Of a DNA stretch of 64,000 nt, positions 25,001-38,216 are shown piece after piece. The position numbers were made by a program, and so were the translations under genes. Source of the DNA: Paragordius varius (Eukaryota; Animalia; Nematomorpha); contig OZ176052.1 in assembly GCA_964247055.1 (NCBI GenBank), positions 5,084,001 to 5,148,000 of the forward strand. The letters are read 5' to 3'. The notes beneath the pieces were generated by a model. It was not told the DNA's origin, made no database searches, and saw nothing but the letters and a program-made list of their open reading frames with translations. Position 1 is the first letter of the stretch. Every line of letters begins with the position of its first letter.

Positions 25001-28000
25001 TTAAAATAAACGCGAAAATTCCGACATATTGTAATAATTTTAAATATATGCTAAATTTTGATATCGTATAAATATATTTTTAAAAAAATGCATACTTACA
25101 AAATTTATTTTTTAGCAAATTTTTGTTGAAGCGTACTTCATATTATTTTCAGCATTATGGAAACGATATAAACAGTTGAGATGTTATACCATTTATATAT
25201 TTCGATAATACTACACATTCTATCAGGATTTTGATCAAAATATTCGTTCGTTTTCAAATTGTTAAATAAAAATTGTGTTTTTTACAAAAATTTACTAAAA
25301 ATTGTAAGTAATCAAACCTTTAAATTAAAATTCGCAATTTATAGTAATGTTCAATATCATCGTTTAGAAATTATTACATCATGAAGTTGTACGCTTCAAC
25401 AAAATCTCTTAAATTTGTTTATGCAAAAAATAAGAAACTAATAAAAATTAAAGTTAAGAAAAAAATAAAAAATATCATACCTCCCACCTAATAAGTATAC
25501 AAAACGTAAAAACCCTTAACTTTTTGATACGAAAAAAATTATTTCGAAATCATTTTCCATAAATAATAAATTTTATATAATATGTTATGGAAACAAAAAA
25601 TTTCATATAATTTTCCGTTAGATAATTATAACAAAAAATAAACTTTCTAAACTTGATCAATCATTTATTTAAAAATCATAAATTAATTTTGTTAATTTTA
25701 AATTTTAAGGCACCTCTTTTTGCGAAAGCCCTGATTGAAAGAGCCATTAGCCAGAATCTTAAGGTGTGGAGTCCAAGATTTATAGTTTCGCCACTGCGCG
25801 AAAGGCTGCAATCCTAATTTTATGTATGATTCGAGCAAAATATAATATATTTTTTTACCGCAAAATGAACCATTTCTTAACAAATTATGGGGTTATTTAT
25901 ACAGAGGGTACTATATTAAATTCTAAGTTATTTCTTTTTTATAAAATAAAAAAATTATTTTTTTTAATTTCAAAAAGCAGTACAAAAGTGGGCGCAGCAG
26001 GCGCAGTTTTTTCCTGAAAACCCAGTACTGTACTGCGAAATACAGCCTATCTGGTCACATTAGCATATATATAAAATAATATTACGTAATATTTCTTTAT
26101 TTGCAATTGTATCTAAAGCAAAATAATGTGAGGATGCCAGTTCATACTTTTTTTAGGGTAAAATATACCATTTATAACTCAAATTTACCCTTAAACAATT
26201 CAAATTCACTCTAGCATTCTAATATTAAATATATTACCTATTTTTTTAAAATATGAAATTTCATTTAATATTAACAGCATACTGAAAAAATAATAGACAA
26301 TGTCATAAAGAAATATTTCATATATGAGCTACTAGGGTGCTGACTAAGTCATGACCCAATGACTATTTATTTTTTGACCATGGTCATTTAAAATAACAGC
26401 TGTTTTTTGAAAAATTGCTGGTAAATTTGATATATTGTTTTTTGATATATTTTTTAAAAAATACAAATTAAATATTGAAATTTGCTTATTTAAAAATAAA
26501 AAATTGTGAAACATGCATCCTTATAAAATTATCATTTAAGCATATCCAGTCATTTCGAAAAACAAAACAATCAAGCACTTTGCAAAAAAATATTTTATAT
26601 GTGTGAACCAATAAAATGAAACATTTTATAATTGGATATTTCAATGATGAGGTAAAATTTTATTTGAAAAATCCAGTATTAAAAGCTATGTATTTGAAGA
26701 TTTAGTAAGCCACAAACAGTGGCAAAATTTAAATTTATGATTAAATTTGATTGAATATATTCGTAAATAATAGATATTAAAAAGTATAATACAAACTTTT
26801 AAGAAAAAACATGACATTAATATTGAAACGCAAGTGTTGTTTGAACATTATTTTCGCAATCCAATATCAAATGGTATTTAATTAGGTAAAAAGTGGTCAT
26901 GACCCTGACTGGGTCTGACCGGACTTTGAAAAAGCAGTCAAATGCACAACCCTATGAGCTACATAAGCCTGAAGACCCATAATTTATTTTAGGACAAATT
27001 TGAATTGTTTAAGGGTGAACTTGAATTGTTCGAGGGTAATTTTTAATTGTTTAAGGGTTAATTTGAAGTGTAAATAATATAAATATATATATCTTTTGAA
27101 TGTAGATTATGGTATCTTTGGACTTTTTACTATCAACCGCTAGCATACTAAACCTATGTCTCATAGCCATCGAACAATACATAGAAGTTACAAAGCCATG
27201 GATCAAACTATCATTTTCACGTAACGTTCGGATAGCAACCTATTTATCAATCCTGTTAGTTTGGATTGTTTCTATCGTTATATCGTGGGGCGTTATACAA
27301 CTTAGTGATAATCTCATAAGCCCATCTGAAACTTCTAATCCAGGAGGCGACAGAAACACCAGAAATTTACTTAAAACCACAACGGTAAACACCAAAATAC
27401 TTTATTTGATAGGACCCAGAAAAACGTCTCCTTTGCCCAATACTTTTTCACATTTATTAGTATCTTTATATCCTACATCACATTCATCATACACCAATGA
27501 AAGGCTGAAAAGGAGCCCACTCTTGTTCGATAATTATTACGTTGAAGCCTTTAAAACGACACTCGCAAACTCAAAAACTACAACCAAATATAATTGGCAA
27601 TATCTTATGGACCGGTTGGCAAGAACAGAAAAAGCTACATTGGTAACACCTGTATCAGAAATATTGGTAAAAATATATTTTTTATACACAAATATTATTG
27701 TATTTTATGTAAATTAATATGCATACAATTGATATACAAATGCTTAAAAGCAGATTACGAGAATAATATTATGAACCTATTACAGACATTTGGCATTATA
27801 TATAATGCAAAATATATATTAGAAAAAAAATCTTATTGTCGCCAACTTTTTTCCAGATTTCTGTTGAACTCACTTAAGAAACTGACACATAAATACTATA
27901 ATTTGATTGAAAAATTATATTTAACAGTGAATCGCTTTTAATCACATTTTGACAGTTAATTTTATATATTTGGTATGTTAAATTGGCTTATTGTTTTAAT

Positions 28001-31000
28001 TGGATTTGAAAACTATCTCAACGTCCCGAAACATACTATAAAAACATATTTATTTTTGGACTCTTTTTTGCCAAAAACACCATTCTTATAATGTGTCTGA
28101 ATAAGGAGGCAAAAAACGACTCAATCATGATCGGCGCATTATAAAGATAATAAAAAATCCATATTGAATTCGAATGGTATCTCGGATTGTATAAATGCTA
28201 GATTTACTTTTACTATTTTATGGATAATTCATTTGTTAATAATTATTCACATACCCCAAAGAAAAAATTGAAAATAAATTAATATTGGTTTTTATGATGA
28301 TCAAAAGTGTAAAATCAATAATTTGGAGCTAGTTTCACAAATGTACGCTTTGATAAAAGAAAGTGGGTATTATTTTGCCTTGAATATAACTTTCAATTAA
28401 TCTACCAATCAAATAAAACTGTTATTCAATAGATATTTGGATATCTATGTAGTCAAATGAATAGGACAAGGGCCATAGTTTACAATAATCTTATTTTTTT
28501 CCATACAGTAAACAATAAAATTATACGACAAAACTTGAAAACAAAATGAAAAATATTTTTTTTAAAATACAACTATGTTTTTGAAATTATGATTATTTAA
28601 AAATGCTTATCATTTTTGGAGAGAATTGAGTTTAAATATCGGAATTAAGGTTGTGAAAAAGTATGGTTGCCTTTTAAAAAGATATATTTAACTTTTAGTT
28701 TTTACGTTTTATCTGTTTTCATAAACTAGACTCCATTAACGCTCAACACAACGCCACTAAGTAATCCATATTCAACCTATAGTCCTACACTGTCAACTTT
28801 AACAAACGAAAAAATGGGTAAGAATGCAAGTACCGAACAATGTAATTATTTATCACATATATCACCGGGATTTGCATTGTGGACAACTCTGTTGACGTTT
28901 GTTGTACCATTACTTACTATTTATTTTGCCTACTATCACATATTCAAAATAGTTCGAGAACGAGCTAAAAAAGCCAAACAAAACATTGAAAGATATAACA
29001 AAGCCATCAGTCAAGGCGCAAAGGTATTTATTTTACTAGGCGACTAATAAGTTTTATTTTGTGTTATTTGAAATTTTTTGCAATGTTTTTGAGAAATTTA
29101 GGTATTAAGATAAAAAATGCGAAATTTGAAGAGATGAGTGATTAAAGCGTGTTTAAAATTTAAGAGGGGTATTGATTTTTAAATGGTGTATTTATTGACT
29201 GGAATGTTATTTGTTTTCATTGCAGTAAGATCGAGAGCGTTTTTCACAATTAGTATATTTTCAAAACTAATGGATGAAAATAGTTCAAACCTTGTCATGG
29301 GAATGAATGTCTAAAAAAGATCACGAAAAGTTTTTTTCTTTAAACATTTATTGTTTAGGTCACTCAAAACACCCATTTTTAATTTTTTGTTTTACCATCT
29401 CATCAATTTGTTTATTTTCGTTAAAAGGCGTATAATTTTCATATTTCAAAGACTAGAAATTAAGTTTATATTCTTGTTTTTTTATAACCATTATATAATA
29501 AATTTACAGTTATGACTATGCATTTTAGTATCCACTAGTTAAAATTATTTTGATGATTTTTATGAAGGAAACCAAAATCTTTTTCATTTTTTTTTACCTA
29601 TACTAATGTAACCCTAATAATTATATTAAAATAATTTGTGATTTTTAAATTCGTTTACCTAAAATTTTTGATTTATTTATTGTTAAAAATTTTGACCATA
29701 TAAAGTCAATTAACTTTTAGATCAGATTGAATTGAGTAAAGTACCATTTGAAAGATTCAGTCCATCGCGCTCTTTCTAATGATGTAAAATACATGGCTAT
29801 GCATATTTAATAATTTAAATTTTGAAAATTTCTAATGTCAAATTGGAGCCAAAAACATTCGAAATTCTAATAAAAAATTCTAAGGTGTTAGACTAATTTT
29901 TTTTCAATACTTTTATGTTTCTTATTAAATAAATTTTAAATTTACAAAAATGGCACTTAAAAAAGTCAAAAAATGTTATATACCTAATAGCACCAACAAG
30001 AATGTATTCATATTAGGATTCATAAATATATTATATGATTAGCCACTAGTTCAACAAATTTAATTTTATACGTTTCTTATTCACTTAAACAGCCAAATGA
30101 TAAGCTTCAGTTGGAATTAATTCCATTGGATAAATCCGAAATGGAATCCGAAACATCAATCATCTTACATTCTTCTATGGGATTACAACAACAACGGCCC
30201 TTAAATGATAGCAGTGAAGATTTTAATAAAGAATTGAAATTCAAGACGAAACATGCAAAAGCCACAATGGACAAAAACGTACCTCATGAAAAATCTAAAG
30301 GTTATTATGCCTTGATATCAAAATCTGCCCCAATCTCCATGATGCCAAAGTTAAGTAATGTAGCACAATCATCCTCCCTACAAAGTCCGGACTCATTTTC
30401 ACCAGATGATCAAACCTCTCCAATTATTTCTGTAAATGATAACTCATCATCACCTGCATCAATAGGTATATCTTTGAACCCGCCCAATCATGAAACACAA
30501 TCGAACTGTAATAACAAATTTTTCAATAATGATGATAAAACCAAGAAAAATGGAATAAATAACGCTCAAAATATTGTCGATACCAAATCCAAATATAGTA
30601 TTGGACGGGCATTAAATAAAACCTCACAATCTTTGAGACAGTATACAGACAAATTGGATAAAGGTAAGTAAAAATTGTAATATTACTCATTTTTCAAGAT
30701 ACTTATTCAAATAAATTATTTATAGAAAAGATAATGCGATAATAAATAATTATATCTAATACTTATATTACATTAAAGATTTAACCGTTAAATTTTTTTC
30801 TGCCCGAAAAATTGATTACTGCCTAACACCTTATTTGTGGATTTAATATAAATTAAACCATGATGTAACCAAATATCAGCATAATTAAGCTATTTAAATT
30901 CCATTAGTTTTGTTAGTTGAAATCAATAAGATAATTTAAAATAGGATGAAGTTTATTCGAATGTTATCTAATTTTCATGCTTTTTAAAATATGGTTTTTT

Positions 31001-33180
31001 TGCTTAACATTGTTTAACGACCTTTTTTTGGATTTTGATACCAAAATTCTTTTTTGGTCAATATAGTTAATGAATGTAGATTTTATCTTTTATTGCGTGA
31101 ACGAATTCATGTACGACTATGCGGATCAAACCTAACCGTACAGATTTCCAAAAAAACACTCAACTCTGGGCAGTCTATACTCTTTTAAAAAAATAAATTA
31201 TTTTAAGTAAAGATAATTGTTTATTAGGTAAGGAATATTTTCAGCTTAAACCCACCTCTACCAGAACTTTATTCAAACAAATGAATCATCAAAAGCAAAC
31301 CAAATTTATATTATTTCCCCGGAAGCCTGAATCATGGCTTAATTTGAAACAAGTCTTAACAGAAAAGCGAAATTTAGCACATGAAAATTCTGTTATCACT
31401 ACAAACCAAAATACAAATAAAAAAGTTAAACAATATCCAATTGTTAAATCAACAACTCCAAATGATCAAGATAAAAAAGGTTAATAAAATATGCAATCTC
31501 ATTACTATATTTCATAACTTTTACTGTATTTTGTGAAAAAATACTGCATAATGGTAACATTATTTTTGAAATATTTGTCATTTTTAATATAACATTTGAT
31601 TTAACATTAATGAGAACCGCATTACTTAGTATAATATTCTTAGTAAACTCGGTAATATATTTTTTGTGCCATGATAGATAATACCAAAAATAATGGGACA
31701 AAAAATATTGAACAACCATCCTTGGATAGCAACAATAACTCCAACATTAAAAGTCAAACATCCGTAGTCACTTTATATAATGGTAATAACAGTAGTAATA
31801 TCAACAAGTCAGCTTCGTCATCTTATTTTTCCAAATTTTATAACAAAAAAAAATTGGCGGCATCTAATCCATTGTTGAGAAAATCGACCCTTAAAAACGT
31901 TAAACGTCGAAGCGATAAGGAACGCAAAGCTATAAACATGTTAGGTAATTTACAAAAACTTTTTTTTATATTACCTCCCCTATTTAGGGCATTTTGAATA
32001 TAATTTTATAAATAAAAGAGGTGATTGATTATTATATTACTATAGGCTTATTATTTATAAGGACTATTTTAATTATTACGGAGGGAGGAATTATCGTTGT
32101 TAGGAATTATAATTTCGTTCAAATTAGTAAATATTTGATATAACAGTGTTTCAAATAATGGGTCCCGACCTTTTACACAAAAAATATGGTGTGGAATGCA
32201 AAAATACTTTTGAGAAATATAAAAAAGCTAAAATAATTGACGGCGCCATCGATTTTATAATTAAAATTTAAAGCGTTTTGGGATTTTTTTTAAAATCTGT
32301 TATAATTTTTATTAAAAGTGTTGCAACAGTAAAAATTGATTCCCCCATGCAAATAACCAATCAATTGCAAAAATATTGCTGAACACATGAATATATATCC
32401 ATAATAATTTTTAACCTAACATGTAATTTATTGCAACAAAATTTTAAAATTTTAAATAATTTTTTCTAATTTTTATACGGAGTGTTAATGAAAAAAAATA
32501 TTAATAATATTTTTATTTTAAATCCTCATAATCCAATTAAATATAATACCTAAACATGCGATGGCATGTTAAAATTTCCAAAGTAAAACGCTTTAAAAGA
32601 AATATAATTTATTGGGGCTATTTTAAGTGTTTTCAAACATAAATGTATATTATCTTAAATATATTATAGGATTTTAACGCTTCAATATTATTGATAAAAT
32701 TTATGGTCATACTTTGATACATTGTTATTTACTTTTTTTATGGCGTTCGATCTCAAATATTCGATTTATATGAAACCGTATCATTTTTCTTAAACTTACA
32801 AACGTACGGATTTCAAAATACAACTCATTATGATATAATAAAAATTAATTATTTGATGCAATATTTCATAGGGATCATCATTGGAACATTTAGTATATGT
32901 TGGATACCTTACTTTACAATGTATGTCATTGATCCCTATTGTAATCATTGCATGCCGATCAAGTTATTTACATTTGCAACTTGGCTCGGATATCTAAATT
33001 CATGTTTAAATCCTCTCATCTATGCAATCTATAATTTGCAGTTTAGGACTGCTTTTAAGGAAATTCTCTGCCTAAAAGTATATTTTAATTATGTTAAAAC
33101 TTACCCATTGTTTTAAATTTTGAAATAGTTAATAAAATTTTTTTTCATATTTTCCAACATATTTATAGGGCAAATCCTAA
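22015..33180 (+). CDS. Class A biogenic-amine GPCR (histamine H2-like / octopamine-like features), 8 coding exons
   Basis: Exons 22015-22260, 27106-27666, 28730-29023, 30093-30663, 31228-31479, 31678-31944, 32872-33077, 33169-33180. Motifs: TM1 GN, TM2 SLAFADLL, ECL1 W-x-F...C, TM3 LDFLLSTASILNL with D3.32, TM4 W, TM5 TFVVP...YYHIF, TM6 CWIPYF, TM7 WLGYLNSCLNPLIY, helix 8 FRTAFKEILC. Long ICL3. The start and the last mini-exon are less certain (unspliced read-through would end at 33116). Confidence 0.92.
22547..22800. repeat. Tandem duplication, about 131-bp unit x2, in GPCR intron 1
   Basis: CACATCTTATACATCACAAATTG...TAATAACCACGAAATCTTTCAAAATGAAATT...ATTGCGTTTTA starts at 22547 and again at 22678. 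Confidence 0.9.
23780..24403. mobile_element. Probable hAT-derived MITE remnant (related end fragment at about 34740-34955)
   Basis: GTCCAACACAAATGACTTCGTAGGCCGC near 23783 is the reverse complement of GCGGCGCACGAAGCCATTTGTGTTGGAC near 34922. Right end GAGGGCCGCCTGTAGGTCAACCCTG. No TSD found. Confidence 0.45.
26333..26954. mobile_element. Non-autonomous hAT MITE in GPCR intron 1
   Basis: Ends TAGGGTGC... / ...GCACAACCCTA. Perfect 8-bp TSD TGAGCTAC (26325-26332, 26955-26962). Confidence 0.9.
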
Positions 33181-33279
33181 AAGCTTATTACCAACACACA
33201 AATAATTGTCTTAGAGACTATTGTTTCTACAAAGGATAATTAGTAATTAGTAATTTACTCGGAAAAAATTGACCATTAA

Positions 33280-33306
33280 AATAAATTTTGTTTTGCATAA
33301 TTTATT
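33280..33306. terminator. Candidate opposing polyadenylation signals: AATAAA (+) 33280-33285 for the GPCR and AATAAA (-) 33301-33306 for the galactosyltransferase
   Basis: Both hexamers lie in the 149-nt gap between the convergent stop codons. AATAAA is common by chance in such AT-rich DNA. Confidence 0.4.
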
Positions 33307-33329
33307 GAAAACTATGATTAATGTTCTTT

Positions 33330-34396
33330 CTATCTATATTTTATACGAGTGTGTTGTTCAATCGTTTTTCGCCACAACTTGTAAAATGTTAAGTGCCCAT
33401 CTTCAGAATAAGTAAAGATGTGTTTTAAAGGCTCTGGTGCTCCATTTAACATCCATTCAAGCGATTTAAATGAGTCATACAAATTGAACAGATCATTGAC
33501 TTCCATGTGTTTAACATTTAAACGCTTAGCCAATATACCAGTAACATAGACATCATCAATCCAAAAGTATTTATCACCAATGGATGATTGATAAAATCTT
33601 TGTGCAAGTTTGGTTGTCGTAATATAGGCCCTGCCCGAACAGTACGGTGGATACATATTGTTTTCAAATTCAGATTTATCTACCAACCATTTTGCATTTT
33701 TATCATTTTCATCGCTAACAGCCGGGGATGATGGAAACAAATAGCACATTAATAAGTCATGTGGTGGGTGATTTTGTTCGCCTTTATTTGTCGTCACCTC
33801 AAAACTTTCGTTTGTTGTTGAAGAATCATTTTTTTCTCCGTCCTCTTCGAATTCATCTTCTAAGAATTCAATTAGCTGAAACATGTCCACAAACATGTCA
33901 TCATCCACTTTCAAAATGTATCGGGCCTGTGAACATTTTTCTGCTGCCCATTTTTTGCCCATAATGTTTTTGTAGGTTAGATTTCGATACGCATCAATAA
34001 AGTTCCCTTGTATGATGTCACCATACATATAATTCTCAGCTTCGATTTTGTTCTGAATGTCGGGTAAATATTGTTTCTATAACGATCAATATATATAGAT
34101 AAGGGATATTGCAAAATAAACGGTTTTTTTCTCAAAATTTGCAATTACTTTTTTTGGATCATAAACTAATCCAAGTAAAAAGGCTAATTTCACATTTATG
34201 TGTTTAAAGGCCATTGGCGAAGCCCATGTCGATCTAATAGCTTGACGTTCCTTAAAGTGCTTAGGTGCAGTGTGAACAATAACAACCATATAAATATCCT
34301 TGGAGCCACATATTTCACTTTCAATGGAGTAGGCAAAATCATTCAAATCAATTAGTTTATCATTGCCAATTTTGTTTTGGTTGCCGCGATAATGTC

Positions 34397-34446
<50 letters not shown>

Positions 34447-37327
34447 TCAAAACCTCCAAAATTTTTTTTTATTTTATTTCAATATTAACAAAATAATATA
34501 AAAACTTTCCAAAAATAGTAAATCAAAATTCAATATTTGAAACACTCTCATCAAAACGGGTCAAAAACAAACATACACATTACAATAGCGCAAAATAACT
34601 TATCCAATAGGTCAAACAAAGCCTATAATCAAACAATTTTGACTATTATATGGATAGCGGTGAGCGTAAATTTTTTTTAGTGCGTTTTGTGGTTGTATGT
34701 TCGGATTTGATGGATCGTTTGTTTATGATTGTATAAATAAAATGCCCTTAAGATTTATTATGCGGCCCGCAAATTAATCCATAATTTGCAAAATATGCTC
34801 ACAAAATCTATGTTAAATATAAACAAATTTTCTGACAACGAACTAGAAAAATATGTTTTCATGTGTTTTCATTTTACAGTGTTATGTTTGACTATTGTGA
34901 ATGCCCATATATATTTCAAATGCGGCGCACGAAGCCATTTGTGTTGGACAACCCTAATTTGAAATTACCTATGGTAACCTCAGTCAAATCTATATATTTA
35001 TAAAAATTGAAAGTGGTGGCTTTATGATCTGCTCCCGGAAAACCGATAGACCCTTTCAAATCCTAATGTCGAAAAAATATAATCATTAATGAATGCCCCG
35101 ACAATAGCTTCGCCCTTTTTTGAATTAGGTCCTTTGTTTATGCCCACCCCGTGTAAAAAACATTTTTTTTTGAAAACACAACTCCACAACGTGTCTTTGA
35201 AACAATTTTCCGGAAAACGTGTTGGACCATTCGATTTCAAATATGATTTTTTTTACTATTTTTCGATTGCGCCGAACATAGTCAGCTCGCTTTGTTAATT
35301 TAGACCCTCTTTTTACCCACTCCCCCCGTAAAAAGCTATTTTTTTAAAAAAAACCAAGTCCACAAAAATAATTTTTTGAATCTATTTTTTGCCCAGGGTA
35401 TTAGACCGTAAAAATTTAATGAGGATTCCAGATTTTCCCTGTTAAAAGTCAAAAATTTTAGTCATGCGGTTTTTTATATTGGCTGCTCGGTAAGGTGATA
35501 CCGCTAAAAACTGCCCCATCATATCGACAGGCCATATGAGTTTAATAGGTGCTTAAAATATTAACCGTAACAAGAAAATTTATGTCGCACGGTTTTTTTC
35601 AATAAGCCATTAATTAGGCCCTTCACACCTGCGCCACCGTAGAATTATTTTTCAGTTTTGAGGCAATTTTTCCAAAAATATGGAATCAATCATGATTCCA
35701 GGTATTCCCCGTAAATCGGCAAAAATTTTAGCCCTTTTTTGTATCAATCTCTGGGTAGGGAGCTACCCGCCTAAAACTGCGCTACCATATCGATACAACG
35801 TGACTTTGGAAAATTTTAGAAAACTTATCAGGCCATATGAGCTGTAAAGGCTTATATATTACCCGTAAAAAGGCAAAAATTTAAGTAGAGCGGTTTCATT
35901 AAATCACCCCTTTAATTAGGTTCTTGCCCTGAAAAATACGCCACAAGAGAATGACATTTTAGCCATTCTTCCAAAAAATGTAAAGAGCATATGGAATCAA
36001 TCATAACTCGAGGTATTACCCGAATTAAGGCAAAAGTTTTAATCGAGCGTTTTTTTGTTTAGCCCCTGTTTAGGGGTCTACCCGTGTAAAACTGCGTCAC
36101 CAAATCGATACAGATGCATTTGGAGCCTAATTTCAGAAAACCTATGAGCCTAATAGGAACATATGGAATCCATGATAATTCCAGATATTCCCCAATAAAG
36201 GCGAATATTTTGCTCAACGCTTTTTTTATTTGCCCCTGGGTTAGGAGCTACCCGTCAAAAACTGCGCCATTATACATTGCGTTGTTTTGGAGTTAATTTA
36301 AAAAAAATTTATGAAGCCATATGAGCTCATTAAAAGCTGGAAATATTACCCGTAACTAGGTAAAAAAGGTCAGCCGTTTTTTATTAGTCGTTAATTTAGG
36401 GTCTTTATGCCCTAAAAATACGCCATCATATAACGATCTCTAGTGTTGAGGTATTTTTCGAATAACCCAAATGATGCTATCAAAGATGATTCCAATATTT
36501 GCCCTATAAAGGCATAGAATTTTACTCAGCACTTTTTCCATATAGGTCTATGCGTAGGGGTCCACCTGTTTAAAACTGAGACGCCATACAAAAATGGCGT
36601 GGTTTTGTAGCTAATTTTCTAAAAACTTAAGAGGCCATACGAGTTCAGAAATTATTTCTGGGGAATTGTATAATATCATTCTTTCCCTTAAAAAGGGACC
36701 ACAAATGATTTACTTTTTATATCCTTTGATCCCCACAATTTCAAAATAAAACTTTTAATTGATTGAATTTTATTGAAAATATTTGTAACTAATTAATATA
36801 AAAGCAATGTATAATATAAACTTTTAAGAAAAAACATGACATTATTAGTCAACGCAAGTGTCGTAAGAACATTATTTTCGCATTCTAATATCGCATGATA
36901 TTTGTTTAAATGAAAAGTGGTCATCCTGGTCATGACCATGGTCTGACTGGGTCTGACCGGACTTTTTTGAAAAAGCAGTCAAATGCACAACCCTAGATAC
37001 TACATCACAGCGAAGCGTGACAGAGCCAGCTAATATTATATATAAAAATATTGTTTCTTACTCTTTGCGTTGAGATAAAACAATATTGTCTGTGGGTAAT
37101 GGAAACAAGGTGTTTTCCAATCCAATTTCCCAGTGTTTACCCCGAAAATTTCTATCACACAAAAGATGACTATAATATTGGTATGAGAAATGGCCATAAG
37201 TATCACGGGAAGATGTTAAACCATGGTCGATCATATAATTGGGGCATTTGGCATTTTGCAAATACGTTACTATGACGACAATGATTCCAATGTAAAAACA
37301 CACGGTTAGAAAGATGAAATATTTCAA
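33330..37327 (-). CDS. Beta-1,3-galactosyltransferase family (GT31, brainiac/B3GALT-like), type II membrane protein, 3 exons
   Basis: Exons (minus) 37327-37062, 34395-34149, 34076-33330 join in phase. N-terminal signal anchor MKYFIFLTVCFYIGIIVVIVTY. Motifs RQAIRSTW, FLLG, GDIIQGNFIDAYRNLTYK, LKVDDDMFV, YPPYCSG, IDDVYVTG. Confidence 0.93.
35400..36650. repeat. Degenerate tandem satellite, monomer about 155-160 bp, about 8 units
   Basis: Anchor AAAA(C/A)T(G/A)CGCCA-like motif recurs near 35506, 35628, 35773, 35933, 36088, 36257, 36415 and 36572, with recurring GCCATATGAG, ATATTACCCG, ATATGGAATC and GGAGCTACCCG. Confidence 0.75.
36740..36996. mobile_element. Right-end fragment of the same hAT MITE family, in galactosyltransferase intron 1
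   Basis: Shares ...CTGACTGGGTCTGACCGGACTTT...GAAAAAGCAGTCAAATGCACAACCCTA and the upstream AAGAAAAAACATGACATTA with 26750-26954. Confidence 0.88.
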
Positions 37328-38216
37328 AACAGAACTCCGCGCAATGAAATCCCTAAAAAATTAAAAGATGAAATTTTTGGACAACTGTTATTACAAAACA
37401 TAACCAATCCGTTATTTACCATTTAATATTCATTGTCCAAAATCTTAGTGTTTATCATAAATACATTGTTAACCCGATCATTGGAAAATACATGGTGTAT
37501 TTCATTTATGTTTTATGTCGGTGATATACATGATATGCTATTTAATTGTTTTTGGCTTATTTATAGGACTTTAAAATACCCGAAAAACTATTAATTGTTA
37601 ATAACTAGGGGCTAATTTAAAAATCGGAAAATGGCATAATTATAAGAATAAGCTATTAGTGTGCAAGTGTACCTTTTAAAAAGCTTACTATAAACGAAAG
37701 GTTTAAGAGGTATTAAATTCCCCAATTGGGTTATTTTCTAAACATGTATGAAAAATCCTTTAATATTTATTTTAAAATACCTCTTATATGAATTTCCAGC
37801 AGTTTTTTGCCCATAGTTAAACATTAGCTTGAAAATTATAATTCATTTATAAAATATATTATATAAATTAAATATTTATGTGATAAATATGCCATGTTAG
37901 AACTATAATTACGAATCTCATTAGACAAGTAACATAGAATTAGAATTCATAGTGCATTTAATATGTCACATATACGGTACAAGCATTAAAATTGTGTGAA
38001 CAATTATGCTACTTTTTATCTTTTACCTTATTTGAATTATAAAATTTTCAATAGAATTTAATTTTATTGCATAAGTAGAGAAATTATTAATGGTAAATTA
38101 TATATTATCAAGAATATATCATATCAGCCATTATAAAATCTAATCACTGTTAAATTTAAAATAAAATTAATATTTTTCACAAATAATAAAGCGTCGTTCA
38201 TTCTGTCGTTATATAC

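Noticed and set aside
35400-36650. CRISPR-like reading of the regularly spaced motifs
   Set aside because: The units are similar along their whole length rather than repeats with unique spacers, there are no cas genes and the context is eukaryotic.
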